DNA of 64,000 nt from positions 51,096 through 115,095 of the forward strand of contig JAUCBJ010007542.1 in the NCBI GenBank assembly GCA_032718475.1, read 5' to 3'. The translations under genes were made by a program, and so were the position numbers. The number at the start of each line of letters is the position of its first letter. The stretch's first letter is position 1. The notes beneath the pieces are model-generated. The model did not search any database. It was not told the origin of the DNA and saw only the letters and a program-made list of their open reading frames with translations. The stretch comes from Nemertoderma westbladi. Lineage: Eukaryota; Animalia; Xenacoelomorpha. Of this stretch, positions 21,471-34,722 are shown in pieces.

Positions 21471-24400
21471 CCGTCCAGGCCGTCGGCAACAAACTCAAAC
21501 AGAAAGATGGCATGAAAACTATGACAGTCTGGGACCGCAAGACCGGACGTCAGTTTCTTGTCGACTGCGGTGCCGATGAGTCCGTCATCCCAGCATCAAG
21601 ACTCGATCATTCACATACTCAAACTACACCTCTCATTGCTGCTAATGGCTCACGCATCTCAGCATGGGGGACGACAACAATTGCCCTCGAACTGGGCAAC
21701 CAAACCTTCGTCCAACGTTTCAACATTGCTGATGTACAACAACCAATCCTTGGTGCAGATTTCTTCATAGCTAATAATCTGGCCATCGATATGGCCAATC
21801 GGCGTTTAATTGACCTAGAGACATACGCTACAATACCGGCAGGATCAACATCAGTGATAGGAAACATCAATGGGCTCCATAAACCCAGAGAGGATGATGT
21901 CAACCTCGCTTCCATCCTCGATGAGTTCCCTGAACTCCTAATCCCACGTTTCCATGCCTCTGCTCCAAACTTACATGGTGTTGAACACCACCTCCCCACT
22001 AATGGCCCACCCATTTTCGCCCACGCGAGATGTCTTCATGCCGACCAGCTGGAGGTAGCCCAAGCTGAATTTAAGAAAATGGAAGACTTGGGAATCATCC
22101 GTCGCAGCAATTCTGCTTGGGCCACACCACTACATGTTGTACCCAAACCTGATGGTGGTTGGCGCCCATGTGGCGATTACCGACGCCTCAATGCAGCCAC
22201 AAAAGATGACAAATACCCGATACCACATATCGGTGACTTCAACACCAATCTGAATGGGAAAACTATATTCTCAAAGATTGACTTGGCGAAAGGCTACCAT
22301 CAAATCCCTATGACTGAAGCCGATATTTGTAAGACAGCCATTATCACCCCATTTGGCTTGTGGGAATTTCTTCGAATGCCCTTTGGTCTGAAGAATGCGG
22401 CTCAATCGTTTCAACGGCTGATGGATACCATCCTTCGAGGGATTCCATGTATATTCATATATGTGGATGACATCCTGGTAGCTAGTAGCAACCGCACTGA
22501 ACATGCTTCTCACTTGAGAGAGGTTTTCTCGGCACTGTCCCGCAACGGCATGGTCATCCAGCGCCCCAAATGTGTATTCGGTGTCAATGAGCTCACCTTC
22601 CTGGGCCATAAAGTCACTTCAACTGGCATCACCCCCCTACCTGAACGTGTTGAAGCTGTTACTAATTTCCCTGTACCCGTTGACAAACATCAGCTGCAAA
22701 GATTCTTAGGCATGATCAATTATTACCACCGGTTTATGCCCAACCTCGCTGCCCGCCTCCACCCACTCCACAACGCAACTAAAGGGAAAGGCAGACCCAT
22801 TATCTGGACTGAAGCATGTCAATCATCATTCGAGGAAGCTAAATCTGCCCTTGCCAATGCAGCTATGCTACACCATCCCAATCCTAGCTTTAAGTATTCG
22901 GTATCCGTTGATGCCTCGGACATGGCAGTAGGTGGTTCACTAGATCAGCTCGATAACAATGTTTGGCGCCCATTGGCCTTCTTTTCTAAGAAGCTAACCA
23001 ACGCTGAGAAGAAGTACTCTGCCTTCGACAGGGAACTGCTTGCTGCCTACTTAGGAATCAAACATTTCCGGAACTATATCGAAGGACGGCAATTTACATT
23101 GTTTACAGACAATAAGCCCTTAGTTGCTGCAATGACTGGCACCGCTGATCGCACCCCCCGCCAAACTCGCCACCTTTCCTTCATTGCCGAGTTCACTACA
23201 GATGTCCAACACATTAAGGGAACCTCCAATGTCGTAGCAGACACACTATCACGTGCCCCTGTTGAGTCCAATGAGCCCAACACCAGATCAGGTACAACAG
23301 TGTCAGCTATTCTAACTCCTACAATCAAATACGCACAGTTGGCTTCAGACCAGGCTACATCCAAAGAAATCGAAGCTTATCGCACAAGCACTGCTGTCAC
23401 TTCACTCAATCTCGAAGACCTTGCCTATAATGGCTACTCTATCTTATGTGTCACTGCCACTGGAAAGGCCAGACCAGTCATACCTGCCAATTGGACAAAA
23501 CGAATATTTGAGACTATCCATGGCCTTTCTCACACTGGTTACCGTCCCACATACCATGCAATAGCGAAACGATTTGTTTGGCATGGGATGAAATCAGATA
23601 TCCGCAACTGGTGTTGCTCCTGTCACCCGTGTCAAGTCTCTAAGGTCAGCCAACACATACACACCCCCTTAGAATCCCACCCCCCACCGGAACGGCGCTT
23701 TGGATCTCTTCATGTAGACCTTGTGGGGCCCCTTCCCATCTCTGAGAAAATGTGCTACCTGTTTACAATAGTAGATCGCTATACCAGGTGGCCAGAAGCT
23801 ATTCCAATTCCAGACTCCACAACTGAAACTTGCATTCGTGGCTTTCTTCGCACATGGGTGGCACGGTTCGGTATCCCAGGGGACCTCACATCCGACAGAG
23901 GCCCACAGTTCACATCACACCTTTGGGCCGAGTTACAACAAGTATCAGCCAACAACACTACCGCATATCACCCACAAGCCAACGGTATGGTTGAACGATT
24001 TCACCGTCAACTAAAGGCGTCACTTAAGGCGCGCATGACAGGACCCAACTGGATGGACCACCTACCCATGGTTATGCTCGGCATCTGCACAGCCTGGAAG
24101 GAAGACGCAGACAGTTCTCCAGCTGATTTAGTATATGGGACTTCCCTACACATTCCAGGTGAATTCTTCAAGACTGATAGGAACTCAGACCTCCAACCAA
24201 GTTTCTTAAGCGGTCTACAAGATGCCATGCGCTTAGCAAAGCCTCCCCCAACTAATTACCACGGCCAACGTGCAGCATCAGTTCCAGATAACTTAGCATC
24301 AACTGGTTTCGTTTATATACGAGTCGACAGCCACAAACACCCACTTCAGCAACCCTACACTGGCCCCCACCGCATTCTTGGGGTCAACGCCAAGCATTAC

Positions 24401-24661
24401 ACAATAGACTGCAATGGTAAAGCTGTAAACGTATCTATAGACCAGTTAAAAACTGCATACACTGACACTGGTTGCGCAAGCATGACAACACAACGAGCAT
24501 CACCAACAACAATGCGCACTTCTACAACACAAGCGATGGGATCACCTCCTCTTGTTGACTACTCATTGGAACCAGAACCCGACCCCATGTCGTACATACC
24601 CCCCATGTGCCGAACCAGAAGTGGAAGATTAAGTAAACCTCCAACACGTTTGATCTTGTAA
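21380..24661 (+). CDS. Gypsy pol (protease-RT-RNaseH-integrase), uninterrupted; expressed by -1 frameshift
   Basis: FLVDCGA protease, [35 protein letters not shown] RNase H, HHCC, and DLVG/SDRG/ERFH integrase. Confidence 0.96.
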   Translation: MLHYAPWFHLRHGTHHSTQTFGKRHCRRPVAVQAVGNKLKQKDGMKTMTVWDRKTGRQFLVDCGADESVIPASRLDHSHTQTTPLIAANGSRISAWGTTTIALELGNQTFVQRFNIADVQQPILGADFFIANNLAIDMANRRLIDLETYATIPAGSTSVIGNINGLHKPREDDVNLASILDEFPELLIPRFHASAPNLHGVEHHLPTNGPPIFAHARCLHADQLEVAQAEFKKMEDLGIIRRSNSAWATPLHVVPKPDGGWRPCGDYRRLNAATKDDKYPIPHIGDFNTNLNGKTIFSKIDLAKGYHQIPMTEADICKTAIITPFGLWEFLRMPFGLKNAAQSFQRLMDTILRGIPCIFIYVDDILVASSNRTEHASHLREVFSALSRNGMVIQRPKCVFGVNELTFLGHKVTSTGITPLPERVEAVTNFPVPVDKHQLQRFLGMINYYHRFMPNLAARLHPLHNATKGKGRPIIWTEACQSSFEEAKSALANAAMLHHPNPSFKYSVSVDASDMAVGGSLDQLDNNVWRPLAFFSKKLTNAEKKYSAFDRELLAAYLGIKHFRNYIEGRQFTLFTDNKPLVAAMTGTADRTPRQTRHLSFIAEFTTDVQHIKGTSNVVADTLSRAPVESNEPNTRSGTTVSAILTPTIKYAQLASDQATSKEIEAYRTSTAVTSLNLEDLAYNGYSILCVTATGKARPVIPANWTKRIFETIHGLSHTGYRPTYHAIAKRFVWHGMKSDIRNWCCSCHPCQVSKVSQHIHTPLESHPPPERRFGSLHVDLVGPLPISEKMCYLFTIVDRYTRWPEAIPIPDSTTETCIRGFLRTWVARFGIPGDLTSDRGPQFTSHLWAELQQVSANNTTAYHPQANGMVERFHRQLKASLKARMTGPNWMDHLPMVMLGICTAWKEDADSSPADLVYGTSLHIPGEFFKTDRNSDLQPSFLSGLQDAMRLAKPPPTNYHGQRAASVPDNLASTGFVYIRVDSHKHPLQQPYTGPHRILGVNAKHYTIDCNGKAVNVSIDQLKTAYTDTGCASMTTQRASPTTMRTSTTQAMGSPPLVDYSLEPEPDPMSYIPPMCRTRSGRLSKPPTRLIL
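21443..21488 (+). promoter_or_regulatory. -1 ribosomal frameshift signal (G GGA AAC + stem-loop)
   Basis: Slippery heptamer at 21443-21449 in the gag frame; TGCCGACG/CGTCGGCA stem about 5 nt downstream; pol is in the -1 frame. Confidence 0.85.
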
Positions 24662-24724
24662 CTCGACTCACTGTTAATTCTCAACTAGAACACATCAATG
24701 ATCATAAACTTTCGTGCCCTCACT

Positions 24725-24887
24725 GGGGGGGGAGTGATGTAGCGTCCACTCGATGGCATACCTATCGTTCGGACACTTAACTCGTTTCCTTGAGTATTAC
24801 GTATTCTAGAACATATAAAACACAACAATGTTTAACAATAATAAAATAGCTCACTAGTACGTTAGTTATTTATATGTGGCATTTACA
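24725..24887 (+). mobile_element. Gypsy PPT (24725-24737) and 150-bp 3' LTR (24738-24887, TGTA...TACA)
   Basis: GGGGGGGGAGTGA|TGTAGCG, TATAAAA at ~24814, AATAAA at ~24840, ends TTTACA. The 5' LTR is absent. Confidence 0.75.
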
Positions 24888-26101
24888 TCCCCCACAATTC
24901 CAGAACAGGTCTGGGGACGCTGATGCTTGATTCCAGAATTTTTGTCTTTTAAGGGTATCGGTAAGTACTACGTTATCTTAATCGACTAAAATTGTAGAGG
25001 ATCTAAGGGTTTAACAGATTTGTCAGCATTTTATTATAATAATGGTGTAAAATTTTAACAGATTTTTCTCAGGTCAACAACCTAAATGTTTGTTGGATTA
25101 GGGAGGTAGTCGTGGGAAGAGTCTCTTGTTTTCCATAGTTCCGGACAACTCTCGGTCTCTTTCCAATAAACATAAATGACCAACCGGGCGATTAAGTTGT
25201 TGAGTTTCGAACACAATTCCAGGTTTCTTGAAGTTACGTCGCATGACGACAAGTTCCACCGATTTCACTAAACCATCATCGGATATATGAGTCTCGATGA
25301 TACGAACTGTCTGCCACCTCTTACAGGGAAGATCTGATTCCACGATAAGGACCATGTCTCCGGCAATGACGTTTTCTTGCTGTGCAAACCACGCTGTTCG
25401 AAGTTGTAGCGTAGGAAGATAATGTTTTTCGAAATGGTCAGCAAAACAACGGGATAATAACTGCATAAGTTGCCAAGTTTGTCGGCAGTACTCGTCTCCG
25501 TCTGTTATTTCCGACTGCGGGAGCATGGCTACAGGTTTCTTTAGTAGGAAATGCGCGGGTGTTAGCGCTTCTAGGGAGTCGGGACTCGGTGAGACTGGCA
25601 TAAGCGGTCTCTCGTTGAGATAGGCGGTATTTCCTCCATTAACGTCCGCAAAAGTTCGTCGGTGAGATACGCCCGGCAAGGCACTATAAAGTGAAATGTG
25701 GTCTTCACGCTACATATGAGTCTCTCCTAACTTCCTCCCCACCAAGGGGCGTCGGCGGCATTGAAGGTCCAGCTAGATGCGGTTACTCTTAGCTGATCGT
25801 CCACCTGTCTTTGGTTCCAATCATTTACGTACGCTTTAATCTCGTTGTTGGTGACAATGAAATTAGTACCTTTGTCAGATTTCATAGTGTTGCTAGTCCC
25901 AAAATGAGCGATTTGTCGGCGTAAACTCAATATGAAGCTGTTGGTAGATAGATCGTTCACCATATCAAGATTGATCGCTGTACAAGTCATATAAACAAAG
26001 ATGACGCACCATTGCTTGACTATAGTCCTAGCATGATATACTTCATTAGGGCCAAATAAATCCACACCAGTGGTTCATAACAGCTGACTCTTTCCCTAGG
26101 T

Positions 26102-29100
26102 GGGATAAATATTTCTCCATTTGACGCAACACCGCCGCGGCCGCTATGAGGGAGGTGAATACCGCGGCCGCTCCTAAAGCCGCAGGCCATCGCTAACTAT
26201 ATAGGTTAACTTGGGATTCTGGGGGACTTTTCGATGAAGGAACTGACCAAATTTTTTTATTTTCTCACCAGGGGAGCGGTTCGGAATTCTAAGATATTAG
26301 CAACTCTAACATTATTAAATCTAACCCTTCGACGGACACGGCGGACAAAAAACCGTCATTTTTTCGACAATTTTAACATTTTTTTGAAAGGCGCTCTACA
26401 GTGGCTCGAAAAAACCCTAGGTTATTGCTTAGCCGACGCCGGGATACGATAGAGGGGATTAATTAGTGAATTCGTTTCTTTTTTCAAAAAAGATTACCAC
26501 GCCTTTTTTCCGAAAATGTCCGTCAAAGTTGAAAAAACGGACAAAATGACTTTGCGGGATCCGCTATAACTCGGCTAATATTAATCGTACGGGGACGAAA
26601 GTAACGCGGTTGGAAAGGGGAAGAGTGGTACTACCTTCGTATCGAATGGGGGTAAGATATTTATTAAAATTTCGGGTGGAAAAAGGGGCTGTAAATTTGT
26701 ACGTTTTTGTCCGTCTTTTTTGGAAAACTTATTTCCGAAATGTTTAATTCGACAACGCGGGTAGGAATCCACTAATTCTTTTATGAAACTCGTAGAAGAC
26801 CATTGGGGCTACGTTCCTATCGAATGGGGGTACAAAAAATATGTCGGCAATAGGGGCCAAAGAGGGCCAGAATTTGTAAAGTAGTTTTTATCGAATAATT
26901 TTTTATTTTTAACTTTAGTTGGTTAAGGTACATTCTATACAGTCAATATCCATACGGGGAATTCAAATATGCTATCGGTTTTGCTCCAAGGATGATATTA
27001 AAAAAATGAGGGCCAAAATTATAATTTCGCGCTTCAAACTTGCTTCGCGGGAAATCGTCTAGCTCGAAAACTACTTAACTTACGGGAGATTTGTTTACAC
27101 AGACTTATAGTGCGTTAAATTATCTATCTAACAGCGTTAATCACAGCGCCGGAGGTATTATAAAACTTGAGCAGCAGGCGATCGTGTGAAATATAATATT
27201 TATAAAAAGGGACGAAAAATTTTTTTTTTAACAAATCGCTATTCCATTATAATTTAGCGTATTGCGCCAAAAGTACCTGTAAAAAGTGTCAAATTAACTC
27301 CGCTATCTTTTATCTTAACATATATAATTAAAATTACGAATTTTAAGGGTCGAAAAATATCGCGTTATTTTGGCCCTTTTTTTTAATTTTTTTGGGGCCA
27401 AAAATAACCCCTTCTCAAAAGATTAAGACAAAAATTACGGCAAAGAATATACCAATTTTATTGAATTTGGACCACCAGAACCGAAGTTAGAGCGATTTTA
27501 GTGAAAAAATAAAAATAATTTTTTTTGCAAAAAAATTAAGAATGGTCAGGTCAATATTGGATTTCGAACCCGCGAACTTAGGTTTCACTAACGTGATTGA
27601 TAACCACTAGACTATGTGACCAAGAGAATTTGAAATTTTCGAGTGACTATTTTTAAACATAAATAACTTCGGTTCTACAGGGCCGTTTAATCTGAAACTT
27701 TTTTCATTGGATAGAGGATAGATTGTAGTGTGTGAAATAGGATAAAACTTGGGAAAAGACTTATGTGCACTTAGTGCAAAATGCACTTAAATAGTGAACA
27801 TTTTTTCGATATTTCAAACACTATTATTTCCAGTTCTATTCATCGTAGAATGTTATTTTTTGGATTAAAATGTAGTTTGGAATGATTTCTAACTATAATC
27901 GTAACATTTGTTATCTTTTTATGTCTATAAAGTGACTTAAAATGTCCATGAATATGGTCCAAAATCGCAAATCCAGATTTATTAAATTCGATTTTTGACA
28001 CTTTTAGCTACTGACACTTGATCATACACCATCGTAGATCGGTAGAGGATAAACATAAGTTTGTTAAATAAGAGCCACCATTACGATCTGCTAAAGTGCA
28101 TTTGTACAAATAAGTGTGCAAAAGTGCAAATTTTTTAATAAGGTCAAATTATATAGTATTGGGTTATTTTCTTTGCAGATACTTTATTTTCATATTAATA
28201 TGTTGTTTGAACCTTACTGAGCGCATTAGGGGATATGCGTACAAATAACCGACCCTTATGAGGCTTCGATTGGGTAAATTAATAAAACATAAGGTTGTAT
28301 AGTATAATATTCTAAAAACCAGTGTGATATTAAATGCACTTTAAATAATAAATAGAAATCAAATAACAATTGGACTACACAATTAAAAACTCGCACAATT
28401 TTGTACTTATTATATCGCTTCAAATTAATTCAACAGTGGATATTTGGGGGAAGGGGGAAGTTACAGTGTGCATTCGGGGGAAGTTTGGTGAACTGCATTT
28501 ATGCAGTGAATCCAAACTTCCCCCTTTGATATATATATCATATACTTAAGACATGCTAGGGTGACGGGGAAATATTTGTTACTGTCACACTTTGCTTCCA
28601 TTTATCCTATCCTTTATTATTACCCCAGTCAGATAAGAGATAATAAATCAGTAAAAACTAAACTAAACTGTCTTTCATGCAAACAAATTTCTAACTAAAG
28701 ACGGGTGAATGACCATGACCATGGAAATAATTTTAAATATAATTGTATATCAACTATTTGGGGAGGCTTCCAAGTTAAACCCGAAAACAATTATTTTGTT
28801 ACATAGTAAATAACGTTGTATGTTCTTCTTCCTCTCATAATAAAATATAAATGAAATATCTCAGATCGCTATGCCCTGTAACATTTCACAACCAAAATAT
28901 TTAAGTGTGAAAAGTGTAGGCCTACCACACTCCGCCCAAACAACCGCAAACGCATAGCCAACAAATTTAACAAAAGGTTACATACATGTTGGGTTCATGA
29001 CGAGATGAGTGAAAATTGATCGCGTAATATAAAGTAAAAAATTAAGAGACGGGCTGGCTCTCCTCCACTTTCTTACCCAATGGATATGTTGTTGTAATAA

Positions 29101-29116
29101 TCTAATATTGGGGCGG
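26102..29116. mobile_element. Unclassified ~3 kb non-coding insertion in the BEL1 integrase
   Basis: BEL sequence is contiguous across it by comparison with BEL2 at ~38767. Flanked by CTTTCCCTAGGT / CTTTCTCTCGGT (10/12). Confidence 0.7.
27559..27621 (-). other. tRNA-like Pol III promoter segment (not a functional tRNA)
   Basis: TAGTCTAGTGG A box and GGTTCGAAATCC B-like box; no closing acceptor stem. Confidence 0.55.
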
Positions 29117-32100
29117 CTTTCTCTCGGTAATTCTGCCTCTCGCTGTGTTAAAGGCCTACTAAATGTTTTCCTACAGGGTATACAGTTCCTATTATATACT
29201 ATACAGTCCCAGTATTGGTTTAGAGCTCTATGGGGCTTATGGAAATAATAGCGAGATCGAATTTCGCTAAGAACTCGTTCTCTACCAGCGCGGTAAAGCT
29301 TACTGTGAACATCTACAATCATCTTGATTTGTATTCAAGATTTCTAATGAGTATGGGAAACTTAGTGTCAAAGGACATTGGAGCATTGGCTAATCTCCCT
29401 CCGACACGTATTAGCCCATCTATCATTGTGCTAGAGAAAGGATCCCTTAAGCCATCTGTGGATTTCTCAACAACAGGAAATACTTTTCGGAATTCTCGTA
29501 ACATTGCAGGAGTCTCAGTATCTGCTTGTTGGCATCATCATGTTCTTGGTAACTGATCTTCTCAGTCAGAAAACTATCAGGCAGCCGATAAGTGGGAAGG
29601 TCTTTGGTAGCATGGACCTTTTCAGCTACTACTGAAGTGGCATCATTAGCGATCTTCGCCCTGGAATAGTGATGATGGAAACATCGTTTTAATTACACAA
29701 TGGCCTTGCAAAGCCGATTCCAGGAGCTATAATGAGCCAACACTCTTTGGATGAGAGGAGAGAGTCCTTGTGAGACGTCTGGTGTTCCAGATTTCCAATC
29801 TATTTCCCTTATTTCTATGACGGATTTATTTATGGTTCGAGTAACATCCATGGATGGATTTGGATCCACAGTGGCATCAACGGCGGTGTGTAGCACAGAC
29901 AGATCTATCGCTGGCTTAAACAGCTTTGATTTACTCGTCCAGGTTTTCGGTTTGACTTGCCGCTCCCTTGGCTTGTCTGATCTCCGCCGTGGTGAGATGA
30001 GGGGGCCATTCCTCCTCTTCTTTACCTATGAAGTCGGGGCCACCTAAACAGTCTTGAGGAGTTGCTCCTCTGGAAGCGATGTCGGCTGGATTAATCGTCC
30101 CAGGGCAATGTCTCCATTGATCTATATTAGTGCGACGGAGTATAATAGCTACTCTGTTGGTAACAAAGATGCTGAACTGACAGACTTCATTAGTTATATA
30201 TTCCAGAATGAGTAATGCATCAGTCCAATAGACAGTTTTCTCTAGTGGATAGTAGATCTGTTCCGTTACATTCTGGCCGATGGCTGTGGCGTATAGCGCC
30301 GCTTTTAACTCCGCTCTGGGAACCCGCAGTTTGTTGTTTATTAGAGCCTTGGAGGCGGCTAATGAAACTTTAATTCCATCGGGAGTTTCAACCCTCAGGT
30401 AGGCTACTATACCTATTCCAATATTGCTGGCATCTCCAAAAACATGGAGTTGATAGGAATACGTGGGGAGAATGTGACCGAAATACGAGCGGGAAATCTT
30501 AAAGTTCTCGATAGATGGTAAAGAATCCTCCCACTTCATCCACTTCTTTCGCAGTTCTCCCTGGAGTGGATCATCCCATGAGTGGTTTTCGAGCCACATT
30601 TGTTGTACCAAGCTCCGAGCAACTAGGATTACAGGGCTAATGAATCCCAATGGATCAAAGTAAGTGCTCAGAATACTCAGGCAAATCCGTTTAGTTTGAA
30701 CGGGATTATCACGTTGTTTCAGTTGGAAAAATAAAATGTCTCTCTCTTTGTCCCATTTCAGTCCAAGGGTCTTGGTTTCTGGAAGATCGTACTTATGAGG
30801 TCAAGATCTTTAACACCTTGGTCTTCTACTGGGATCGATTCCAGGAACTCACGGGAGTTACTAGTGAATTTGGTTAGGCGAAATCCACCTTGTTGTAAGC
30901 ACTCTACCGTTCCCTTGGCAACATCGATTGCTTCTTCCACCGATGGGAGGGACTTTAGATTTTCATCCATATAAATATCCCGTTTGATGTTGTCGGTAAC
31001 CGCTTTAGAGAAGGCATCTCTATTATCGTCGGCAGTGGTGCGCACTACCGAACAAGCGTTCGAGGGGCTTGATATGATCACAAAGGCCTGGATTGTCATC
31101 CAGTACTGCATCGGTTTTCGGTTGAGGTCTCCTTCAGGCCACCACAGAAATCATAGGCTATCTCGATCCCTAGCTAATGCTTTAACTTGTAGTAACATGC
31201 CTTCAATGTCGGAGGCGAAGGCGATTGAATATTGCCGCAGTCGTAATAATATTCCAAACAAAGATTGGAGTAAGTTGGGTCCTGGCAACAGTTCTGACTT
31301 TAGTGATTGTCCCATATAAAAGGAGGAGCCATCAAACACTACCCAGACTTCGTTTTGTTTACCGGGCTTGGGAACATAATGGTGTGTCAAGTAATACATT
31401 CTTTCCATTATGGGTGTTTCTTTCGGAACTCGCTACGCATATCCCTTGTCAATGAATTTCTTTAGTTGCGTCTTATACATCTCTTTGACTCGATCGTTAG
31501 ACGTTAAGCGCTGATGTAGCTGTGCGATTCTCTTTACTGCTAAAGGTTGGTTATTAACGAAGCTGGGTTCTCTCCGCCTAAAAGGCAGACCAATCTCATA
31601 GAGACCCTCCTCCTTAAGATAACTAGTAGTCGTTTCTTGAATTTGCATAGCTATCTCTTCTTCAACGGATAACGCTTTGTCATAGGAATTAGGCTCTACA
31701 GCTTCTTGAGTAAAGAATCGTACCGCGTGTTCATAGCGTATCTTATCATTATATCGCTCTACCACCTCATTGAGTTCGTCGTCGTAAGTCAATAGTCCGT
31801 TGTTTTGACAGATGATATTACAAAAATTAACTTGGTTTGACCAAGTTTGATTCTCAGTGAGCAGTTCAATGGTATTCTCCTCGTCATATAGAGTCTGGAT
31901 GTCGTCGTTGTCTGAGGAGCATAGAGTTTCCACAGCTTGGATATCCTCTTCACTCACGGCTTTCTCACACTCAATTACCTGGTAGACTTGCTCTCCCTTC
32001 GATCTTTCCTGCAAAGTCCTGTGGGAAGGTCCCGTGAAATACCAACCTACTCTCGTTCTTCCCGCGTAGGTTTGTAGTGGTCGCGGATGAGCAGGCTGTT

Positions 32101-34722
32101 TCTCTAGGGTCTCAAGCACTTCGTGCGCATTCTGGCCGAGCAGTATCTGTACCCCTGGGTAATGTGTTCTGAATCTAGGTATGTTGTATTGCTGGGTAAA
32201 ATGGTCTTCATTCCAGTTGTAAGGCTCTACTTGGCTAGTAGCAAAGTTCTTTATTGCCACCATTTTAACTGACCTTATACTGTTCTCACCTAGTTCATCT
32301 TAGGGAGTGGACAACGATCCAACATAAAAGTCTGTGGATACCGTAGATTTCCAAACCTGCATAATCACGGAAAGGTTCAGTTTGGTTCGGAACCTTGGTT
32401 GACCAGCAAAGATATCTTCGGCCAGGTCCTTGTCAATGAAGGTACCTGAACTACCGGAGTCAAGGAGGGCATTCACTATTAAGCTCTTCGCATGTCCATG
32501 TACTCTTAGATGCACCACTGGGAACTCTCGGATGCCGACAGATGGTGTTGAAACTTTCCATGAAAGCTGTCGATCCGGAATAGATAGTTGGTGTTCTTCT
32601 CCCTCTGTTTCTGTCTCATATGTAATGGCTCGATATACGGTTGTGTTGATCATATAACAAGATTCATTTTCGTCAGAAAATTCATCTGTATAGAATCCTT
32701 CCATCTCCGAACTATGGTCAGTGTCGTTCACATCACTGAATTGTACACGTAGTTTGGGCTCACTTACCGGTACCTTATCAAACTCAGTGTGTAGTATGAT
32801 ATGATGTTTCGCTCCACACTTAGCACACCTCATGTCTGAGTAACAGGTTTTCCTTTGATGTCCTCGCCTGAGGCAATTATAACACAACCTTTTGTCCCAT
32901 ATGACATCACGTCTGTCCTTTAGTTCTTTCCTCAAGAATTCCTCACGCCCACTCAAGCGATGTGGCCCATCGCACAATACACACTTAGGTTTGATGTTAC
33001 TCACCTTAACTTGCATTGTATTTTGTTTGCTAGGTCTTTCTTCGGGCTTCCTACCATGAATTCTTTTGGGAGAAGTAGGGGGAGTTGTTATCTGTCTCTC
33101 TTGCCACTGGTTCGAGCCTTAGATTTACTTACGTCTTTTTTGACTTTATTTGTGTAATAAGATCTTTCGGTGTCTCTGCCACTATTTTCGTCATAAGACA
33201 TTTGAATTTCATAATCATCCATATAACACAATGGTATTACCTATCTCCTAGTAACGGGTTTTTCACTTACCTTGGTTTCAGGAGTCTTCTCTCTAGACTG
33301 TTTTATGAGCTGTAGTCTTACCTCTCCGTTTAAGAACGACATAAGGTCAGCCATGGTTGGATCCCTATGTTGTTGGTCCATCAAATAGAGAACCTTTTTG
33401 TCCCAGCGAGTACCTACTCCGCCCTTTGGCAAAGTTGATGCTACGGCTCCTACAACCATAGAACTCTGGTATTCATGAGACTTGCCCAACCAGTCTAACT
33501 GTCTACAGATCTCCTGAATCTCATCAGAAAACTCTATAATCCCGCTGCTAAGAAACTTTCTGGGCGCTACTAATTTCGCATACAGATAGTCCTATTATTT
33601 ATTTATTTATTTTATATATTTATTTTATTTATTTAGTCCTATTCTATTAATTAGTCCTATTACCACACCTGATGTTAAGTGTATCCCAAACTTGTCTCAA
33701 TCCATCCGGATGTCCAATAAACTTTAATGCCATTAACTTGGGAGGTCCTTCAAAGCACTCGATGAGGAATCGTAATTTCTCTCCGCTGGATAATACGGAG
33801 TTTTGTATGTTATCTTTGTAATATTCATTACAAGGTAACCATTTCAACTCATCTCCATTAAACTTGACGACCTCTCCCACCTTTACCGCTTGACGGGCTT
33901 CCGTTCTAGCCATCTGACGTGTGAAGCTTTCTTGAGCCATCGTACTAATTAATATCAAATTATCGGTATATAAATTTCTCAGATTATTATCAGATCGGAA
34001 TGGATATCATTATCAACAGGCTTATTAATACTCTTAATAGGGTTTACTATAGGAGTTTCTACTTCACTAGCAGTATAGATGCGTGTAGGCTCCACACCTT
34101 GCGCATAAAATACCTCAGACCTAATGGGCTGACACATTGTTACAGAGGGTGATGGTATACCCATTTGTATATTTACTAATTTATTGCGTTCGAGAGCGAT
34201 ATGTTGCTGTACTTCTTGCAGCTCTAATTTAATCTCTCTTACTGTTCCCTTTAACAAGTGAACAGTCCCTTCCAAGTTCCTTCCAAGGGATTTGCTAACA
34301 GGCCCAATTATTTCTGGCTCATCTACTATAGTAGGGAGTCTTTCTACTCTTATAACTGGGGCTGTTCACTCTCTATTCCTTAAGTCTACATTAGCTAATT
34401 CCCTTCTCACCGTAGGGGGTAAGTTAGACAACTTATGTCTTTGGGGCGCTCTTATACGTCCGTTTGAACGAGATTTATTACCATTACACTCAGAAACAGT
34501 AGTAGTACCTTCGGCCGAGGAAGTAAATCTGAGAGTAGATCGACTTAGAAGTTGCATTTGAATCACTGCCCTTTGTTTATTTAAGTAATCTTGTGTCGCC
34601 TGAATACTCTCTAACTCTAATTGGGCTCTTGCTTCATTTGCCCTCCTTTCAGCTTCCACTGTGGCAGCTTTAAGTGTGGCAGCTAGGAGACTATCTGACA
34701 TTGTTTGTTTTGTGTCAGACAT

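Larger units (their letters stand above)
25098..34722 (-). pseudogene. BEL/Pao element 1 gag-pol (multiple stops and frameshifts; ~3 kb insertion in the integrase)
   Basis: KFNGD..KW gag core, CVLC..H and CYNC..GH knuckles, ALLDSGS protease, LLPGPNL, SDIEGMLL, YMDE RT, LHVFGDAS and VPRAEL RNase H, NPADIASRG, DLFGP/SDKG/PWWGG integrase, LTPAHFL. Confidence 0.93.

Noticed and set aside
33588-33662. (TATT)n tract with repeated TAGTCCTATT in BEL1 gag
   Set aside because: Likely a tiny retro-tail or slippage insertion; too short to classify.
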